From: Longimicrobiales bacterium
Lineage (GTDB): Bacteria; Gemmatimonadota; Gemmatimonadetes; Longimicrobiales; Gaopeijiaceae
DNA length: 64,000 nt
Assembly (NCBI GenBank): GCA_965202805.1
Contig: OZ241869.1
Span: forward strand, 2,176,001-2,240,000
Direction: 5' to 3'
Of the stretch, positions 58,654-64,000 are shown one piece after another (the first letter of the stretch is position 1; each line of letters begins with the position of its first letter). A program made the position numbers and the translations under genes. The notes below the pieces were generated by a model. That model worked only from the letters and a program-made list of their open reading frames with translations, did not search any database and was not told where the DNA came from.

Positions 58654-59871
58654 ATGGCGAGGGTGACGCGGTTCCCGGACGACCTGGTGGCGCGCATGCC
58701 GGGGGCGGATGCGATCACCCTGATCGTGCTCGACGGCGTGGGCGGACTCCCGCACCCCGCCACCGGCCTGACCGAACTGGAGTCCGCGACCACGCCCAAC
58801 CTGGACGCGATGGCCGCGGAGAGTTCGCTGGGGATGCACGTGCCGGTCGCGCCCGGGGTCACGCCCGGGAGCGGCCCCGCCCACCTAGCCCTGTTCGGGT
58901 ACGACCCCGTCCGCTACCTGATCGGGCGCGGTGTGCTGGCCGCGCTGGGGGTCGGGTTTCGGCTGCGCGAAGGGGATGTGGCCGCCCGGCTCAACCTCGC
59001 CACCCTGGACGGGCGGGGCCGCGTGACCGACCGCCGCGCGGGTCGGCCCGACAACGGGGAGGGGCGGCGCCTGGTGCGCCGGTTGCGGGAGGGCGTGTTC
59101 GCGCCCCCCGGGGTGGACCTCCACTTCCAGCACGTCATGGAGCACCGCGCGGTGATGGTGCTGCGCGGCGACGGCCTGGGCGCGGAGGTCTCGGACACCG
59201 ACCCGCAGCGCACCCGCCTCCCGCCCCATCCCCCCCGGGCCCCCGACGGCGACTTGCCCTCCGCCCGCACGGCGGAGGCTGCCGGCCGCATCCTGGAGCA
59301 GGCGGCGGCGGTGCTGGCCGACGAGCCCGTCGCCAACGGGGTGCTCGCCCGCGGGTTCGCCGAATACCGCGCGCCGCCCGGCTTTTCCCGGCGGTACGGG
59401 CTGAAGGCGGTGGCGGTGGCGCGCTATCCCATGTACCGCGGGGTGGCCGGTCTCGTCGGGATGGAGCTCGCTGGAACCCCGGCCTCCGATGAGGAAGCGG
59501 TGGAGCTGATGCAGGCCGCCGCCGGACACGCCGACTTCCGCTTTTTCCACTACAAGGCCACGGATTCCCGAGGGGAGGACGGGGATTTCGAGGGCAAGGT
59601 GGCCGCCATCGAGGCGATCGACCATCTCCTCCCGGGGCTGGACGACGGGGGCGTGATGATCGTCACCGGTGACCACAGCACCCCCGCGACCCTTGCCGGT
59701 CATTCCTGGCACGCGGTGCCGCTCCTGATCCGGTCGCGCCGGGCCCGTCCCAGCGGGCGCCGCCTGACCGAGAACACGTGCCGGCGGGGCGATCTGGGCA
59801 CCATCGCCGCGCGCCACATCATGTCGCTGGCCTTGGCGCACGCGGGGCGGCTGGCGAAATTCGGCAGTTGA
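58654..59871 (+). CDS. apgM: 2,3-bisphosphoglycerate-independent phosphoglycerate mutase (ApgM type)
   Basis: LDGVG, TPNLD, PGSGPAHLALFGYDP, GRG, KATD..GED, TGDHSTP, HSWHAVP. Confidence 0.88.
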   Translation: MARVTRFPDDLVARMPGADAITLIVLDGVGGLPHPATGLTELESATTPNLDAMAAESSLGMHVPVAPGVTPGSGPAHLALFGYDPVRYLIGRGVLAALGVGFRLREGDVAARLNLATLDGRGRVTDRRAGRPDNGEGRRLVRRLREGVFAPPGVDLHFQHVMEHRAVMVLRGDGLGAEVSDTDPQRTRLPPHPPRAPDGDLPSARTAEAAGRILEQAAAVLADEPVANGVLARGFAEYRAPPGFSRRYGLKAVAVARYPMYRGVAGLVGMELAGTPASDEEAVELMQAAAGHADFRFFHYKATDSRGEDGDFEGKVAAIEAIDHLLPGLDDGGVMIVTGDHSTPATLAGHSWHAVPLLIRSRRARPSGRRLTENTCRRGDLGTIAARHIMSLALAHAGRLAKFGS

Positions 59872-59902
59872 AGTTCGCGTCTTCCGCTGCCGGCAGGCAC
59901 CC

Positions 59903-61174
59903 GTGACCTCCATCCCCTGCGAAGAGCACAGCCTCGAGAACGGACTCCGGATCGTCCTCTCTCCCGATCCCTCCGTGCCCATCGTCGCCGTGAACCTCTG
60001 GTACGACGTGGGTTCCCGGAACGAAGGTCCGGGACAGACCGGCCTGGCCCATCTCTTCGAGCACATGATGTTCCAGGGCTCACGCCATGTCGCCGGCAAT
60101 CAGCACTTCGAGCTGTTGGAGCGTGTCGGCGGTTCGGCCAACGCATCCACCTGGTTCGATCGCACCAACTACTACGAGACCCTGCCCTCGCATCATCTGG
60201 AGCTGGCGCTCTGGCTCGAGGCGGATCGCATGGGATGGATGCTGCCCGCGCTCACCGGCGGGAAGCTGGAGAACCAGCGGGATGTGGTGAAGAACGAACG
60301 CCGGCAGCGCTATGACAACCAGCCCTACGGCGACTGGGACGAGCGCATGCTGGCCATGGTCTATCCGCCGGGGCACCCCTATCGCCATCCGGTCATCGGG
60401 TCGCTGGAGGACATCGACGGGTTCACGCTCGGCGATCTCGAGTCGTTCTTTCGCGCCTACTACGCCCCGGACAACGCTGTGCTGACGCTCTGCGGCGGCT
60501 TCGATGCCACCCGCGCGCTCGAGTGGATCGAGCGCTACTTCGGTGAGATTCCGCCCGGGCCCGGAACCCGGATGATCGCCGGAGATGCGGACGCGGAGCG
60601 CGACAACCCCACCGCTGCCAGACAGACGGTCGAGGCCGATGTGCCGCTTGCGCGGGTCTACGCGGCGATGCGCGTGCCCACCTTCGACGATCCCGCATTC
60701 CATGCCGCCGACGTCGCGGGCGACATTCTGGGAAGGGGGCGGGCATCGCGACTCCATCGGTCGCTGGTGCTGGAGCGCCGGGTCGCCAAGGATGTCGCGG
60801 CGCACGTTTTTCCGCTGATGACCGGGGCCGCGATGATGCTGGTTCGGGCCACCGGCAACGTGGGACTCGACCCCCGGGAGCTGGAGGCAGCCGTGGCCGA
60901 GGAGATCGACGGGCTGCGTGCGGTCTCGGAGGAGGAAGTCGCCAGGGCCGTGGTCATGGCCGAGACCGCCATTCTCGGGCAGCTCGAGGTCGTGGCCCAG
61001 CGGGCCGACCTGCTCTCCATGTTCGCGACCCACTTCGGGGATCCGGAGCGGATCTCCACGGAGATCGATCGCCTGCGCGCGGTTACGCCGGAGGCGGTGG
61101 AGGCCCTGGTGGAGGCGCGCCTTGGACCGCGGAACCGGGCGATCCTGACCTACGTGCCCCGGGCATCCGCGTGA
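59903..61174 (+). CDS. M16 zinc peptidase, catalytic subunit
   Basis: LENGL, GLAHLFEHMMFQGS (HXXEH), NAST..DRTNY, EADRM. Confidence 0.92.
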   Translation: MTSIPCEEHSLENGLRIVLSPDPSVPIVAVNLWYDVGSRNEGPGQTGLAHLFEHMMFQGSRHVAGNQHFELLERVGGSANASTWFDRTNYYETLPSHHLELALWLEADRMGWMLPALTGGKLENQRDVVKNERRQRYDNQPYGDWDERMLAMVYPPGHPYRHPVIGSLEDIDGFTLGDLESFFRAYYAPDNAVLTLCGGFDATRALEWIERYFGEIPPGPGTRMIAGDADAERDNPTAARQTVEADVPLARVYAAMRVPTFDDPAFHAADVAGDILGRGRASRLHRSLVLERRVAKDVAAHVFPLMTGAAMMLVRATGNVGLDPRELEAAVAEEIDGLRAVSEEEVARAVVMAETAILGQLEVVAQRADLLSMFATHFGDPERISTEIDRLRAVTPEAVEALVEARLGPRNRAILTYVPRASA

Positions 61175-62526
61175 GCCCCGCGGGCTTTCCCGACGCACCG
61201 CCGGGACCGGGACCGGTTGCGCCCTTCGCGATTCCGACGGTGCATGCCGCCGGCCTCGATTCCGGGCTCGAGCTGCGAATCGTGCGCCGGGACGGGGTGC
61301 CGCTGGTGACCGCCCTCCTGGTCATGGATGCGGGCGAGTCGACGGTAGCGGCCGAGCAGGCCGGGCTTGCGGTGCTGAGCGGCAAGGCACTCCACGGCGG
61401 AACCGCGCGCCGGTCGGCGCTGGAGCTGGCGTGCGCCCTCGAGGACATGGGCACGCACCTGGCGAGCTCGGTCGGGTGGGATTCCACGGTGGTCTCCCTC
61501 ACGTGCGCCACCGATCGGTTTCCGCGCGCGCTCCGGCTGCTGTCCGAAGTGGTCCTGACTCCCGGATTTCCGGGTGCCGAGGTGGAGCGCACCCGTGAGC
61601 AGCAACTGGGAGGAATCCGGCAACGCAGGATGTATCCCGGGCAGCTCGCCACTGCCGCCGCGGCGCACTTCTTCTTCCGGGAGGGCGCCACCTACGGGCG
61701 GCCGATGGCGGGAACGGAGGGGACGGTCACGGGCCTGGAGCGCACGCATGCGGCAGGCTTCGCGGCCAGCCGCTACCGGCCGCGCGGAGCGGCACTGGTG
61801 GTGGCCGGAGATGTCCCGGAAGCGGAAGTGGAGGGTCTGTCGGCCGAGTGTTTCGGCGGCTGGCGAGGGCAGGCAGAGCCCGTCGAAGCGACGGCCGGAG
61901 CCCGCTTCGGCGAGCGCCGCATCGTAATCGTCCATCGCCCGGGGGCGGTTCAGTCGGAGTTGCGCATCGGGCATGCCAGCGTGGCGCGCACGACGCCCGA
62001 CTACTTCCCGCTGATCGTGCTCAACGCCGTGCTCGGGGGCGCGTTCACCAGTCGCCTCAACCTGAACCTCAGGGAAGACAAGGGCTTCACCTACGGGGTG
62101 AGTTCGAGCTTCCTCCTCCGGCGCGCGGGCGGGATGTTCCGCATCGCCACGGCGGTGGCGACCGAAGACACCGAGGCGGCCGTCCGGGAGGTGCTGGCGG
62201 AGACGGAGGCGCTGGTTGCCGACGGGCCCACGCCGGCCGAAGTGCGCGGCGCGCGCGACTACCTGGCGGGGATCTTTCCGCTGCGCATGGAAACCACCGC
62301 GCAGGTCGCGTCCGGTATCGCGCGGGTGTTCGTGCACGGCCTTCCCGCCGACTACCACGGCCGCTACCGCGAGCGGGTGCAGGCGGTGAAGGTCGAGGAC
62401 GTGGCGCGCGCGGCCCGCCGCCGACTTCGACCGGATGCCCTCACCGTGGTGATAGCGGGCGACGCCGACCGGGTGGCGCCGGAACTCGAGCCCCTCGGTC
62501 CGGTCGAAGTCCACCACGAGTTCTGA
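61171..62526 (+). CDS. M16 peptidase, non-catalytic partner subunit
   Basis: Lacks HXXEH; LGG.FTSRL..NLREDKGFTYG; 4-nt overlap with the upstream gene. Confidence 0.88.
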   Translation: MSPAGFPDAPPGPGPVAPFAIPTVHAAGLDSGLELRIVRRDGVPLVTALLVMDAGESTVAAEQAGLAVLSGKALHGGTARRSALELACALEDMGTHLASSVGWDSTVVSLTCATDRFPRALRLLSEVVLTPGFPGAEVERTREQQLGGIRQRRMYPGQLATAAAAHFFFREGATYGRPMAGTEGTVTGLERTHAAGFAASRYRPRGAALVVAGDVPEAEVEGLSAECFGGWRGQAEPVEATAGARFGERRIVIVHRPGAVQSELRIGHASVARTTPDYFPLIVLNAVLGGAFTSRLNLNLREDKGFTYGVSSSFLLRRAGGMFRIATAVATEDTEAAVREVLAETEALVADGPTPAEVRGARDYLAGIFPLRMETTAQVASGIARVFVHGLPADYHGRYRERVQAVKVEDVARAARRRLRPDALTVVIAGDADRVAPELEPLGPVEVHHEF

Positions 62527-62758
62527 CACGCGCGGGCACGCCACCGGCAACGCGGCGATGGCGACCCGTGGAGAGGCCGCCGGCACGGGTGGAGCACGAC
62601 CGGGGGCGCGCGCCGGGAGACCGCTTCGGGCAACCCCTCGCCGTCCGGGCGCACCCAAGTGTCTGCAAGGCGGCCGCCTCGTGCGGTCCCTCGCGTGATG
62701 GGGGCGGATTTGCTCGCGCCCCCGGCACGCGGGGCATGGTGACCTGACGGGAGAAGTC

Positions 62759-63499
62759 GTGTCGCGCGAACAGGATTTACACCCATACGAATCCGTCGGC
62801 CGGGCGGTGTATCCGGAAGGAGACGCTGTTCGCCATCCGGGACCGGACGCGGTGCCGGGACCGGACGGGACGGGTCGCCTGTCGAGCCGGGTAGTGCACG
62901 ACGGACGCGTGGTCCACCTGTCCGTCGACCGGGTGCGCTTTCCGGACGGATCCGAGGGCGACCTGGAGCTGATCCGGCACCCCGGGGCCGCCGCGGTGGT
63001 GCCCTTCGTGGATCCGCCGGAGTCACCCGATCCCGCGATTCTGCTGCTCCGGCAGTACCGCTACGCCTCGGGGGGATACCTGTACGAAGTGCCGGCGGGA
63101 TTGCCGCACGGGGCGAACGAGGCCTGGGCGGAGTGCGCGCGGCGGGAACTGGCGGAGGAAACCGGATTCACGGCAGCGCGGATCGACTATCTGACCCGAA
63201 TCTTCACGACACCCGGCTTCACCAACGAGGTAATCCACTTGTTCGTGGCGACCGGCCTCTCGGCTGGAGACGCCGACCGCGACCCGGACGAGTTCATCAC
63301 CGTGCAGGTGGTGCCGTTCTCCGGCGCCCTGGACATGGTGCGCACCGGCCGGATCGTGGACTGCAAGACGGTCGCCGCCCTGCTGTACACCGCCGCCTTC
63401 CGGCGAACTTCGACCGAGGACGGGACCGGCCACCGCGGGGACGATCGCCGTCCTCCCCCGGGGACGTGTCCGAGGCGGGAGGCCGAGGAGGGCGCGTGA
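62759..63499 (+). CDS. NUDIX hydrolase (ADP-ribose pyrophosphatase-like)
   Basis: HPGAAAVV, RQYRY, EVPAG...E...ARRELAEETG, TPGFTNE, IVDCKT. Confidence 0.88.
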   Translation: MSREQDLHPYESVGRAVYPEGDAVRHPGPDAVPGPDGTGRLSSRVVHDGRVVHLSVDRVRFPDGSEGDLELIRHPGAAAVVPFVDPPESPDPAILLLRQYRYASGGYLYEVPAGLPHGANEAWAECARRELAEETGFTAARIDYLTRIFTTPGFTNEVIHLFVATGLSAGDADRDPDEFITVQVVPFSGALDMVRTGRIVDCKTVAALLYTAAFRRTSTEDGTGHRGDDRRPPPGTCPRREAEEGA

Positions 63500-63575
63500 G
63501 TCGACTGGTACGAAACCTGCATGTAATTACGCCCCGTTCGGGGGCACGAAGAACAAAGTCTGGCAGCGGAGCCAC

Positions 63576-64000
63576 ATGAATACCGAAAAGAGTCTGGCAA
63601 GGAAGCCGGCGAGGCCGGCCCACGAGACCCGGGACGCCCTCAGGAAGCTGGATGACAGCGCCGTCGTGAAGCGGTTCCTGGACGGCGAGCAAAGAGCCTT
63701 CGGGATTCTGGTGGACCGCTACGACAATCGGCTGGTCAACTTCGTCTACCGGACCATCGGCGACCGGGAGCGGGCGCAGGACCTGGTGCAGGAGACCTTC
63801 ATCCGGGTTTACCGCCACCTGCACCGCTTCGATCCCACCAAGAAGTTCTCCACCTGGATCTACACCATCGCCAGCAACCTGGCGAAGAACGAGTTGCGCA
63901 ACCGCTCGCGAAACCCACTCGTCTTCTTCCAGACCATCAAGAAGAACTGGGAGGCGGATCATCGGCCGCTGGAGTGGGAGGACCACTCCTACCGGCCCGA
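63576..64000 (+). CDS. ECF sigma-70 factor, runs off window end
   Basis: Manual translation: ...DDSAVVKRFLDGEQRAFGILVDRY...AQDLVQETFIRVYRHLHRFDPTKKFSTWIYTIASNLAKNELR. Confidence 0.9.
   Translation, partial: MNTEKSLARKPARPAHETRDALRKLDDSAVVKRFLDGEQRAFGILVDRYDNRLVNFVYRTIGDRERAQDLVQETFIRVYRHLHRFDPTKKFSTWIYTIASNLAKNELRNRSRNPLVFFQTIKKNWEADHRPLEWEDHSYRP

Noticed and set aside
62527..62758. ykkC-type nucleotide-sensing riboswitch before the NUDIX gene
   Set aside because: The conserved ykkC sequence blocks are not visible. It is kept only as a generic structure candidate.
1..64000. CRISPR arrays, tRNA/rRNA genes, IS elements, prophage or defence genes
   Set aside because: I saw no regularly spaced repeats, tRNA arms, or transposase, integrase or nuclease motifs. 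The long repeats are explained by gene paralogy.

Overview
This 64 kb window is very GC-rich, densely coding bacterial DNA. The SusC/SusD-type and carboxypeptidase-plug proteins, the sortilin-like hydrolase and the DUF1592/DUF1552 genes suggest Gemmatimonadota or a similar lineage (inference only). I found no rRNA, tRNA, CRISPR array, integrase or transposase. The left half (about 1.8-33 kb) is an extracytoplasmic redox region. It holds three paralogous copies of an uncharacterised three-gene module: a di-haem DUF1592-type protein, a Tat-exported HxxSHH (DUF1552) protein, and a secreted ankyrin protein ending in NNxNCxSC. Around these sit a cytochrome c', a TlpA-like redoxin, an MsrP with no MsrQ, and two more CxxCH proteins. 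Upstream of the redoxin is what looks like a ribosome-mediated cysteine attenuator (CSCPCC leader peptide, antiterminator, terminator). The right half is mostly transport and housekeeping: SusC/SusD, amidohydrolase, squalene synthase-like enzyme, PLP enzyme, Zn protease, MATE, an actinobacterial Sdh1-like succinate dehydrogenase, UDG, an oxidoreductase-SelD fusion, panE, fumC, DsbA, apgM, an M16 peptidase pair, a NUDIX hydrolase and an ECF sigma factor. All family calls come from motif recognition by eye; no searches were run.
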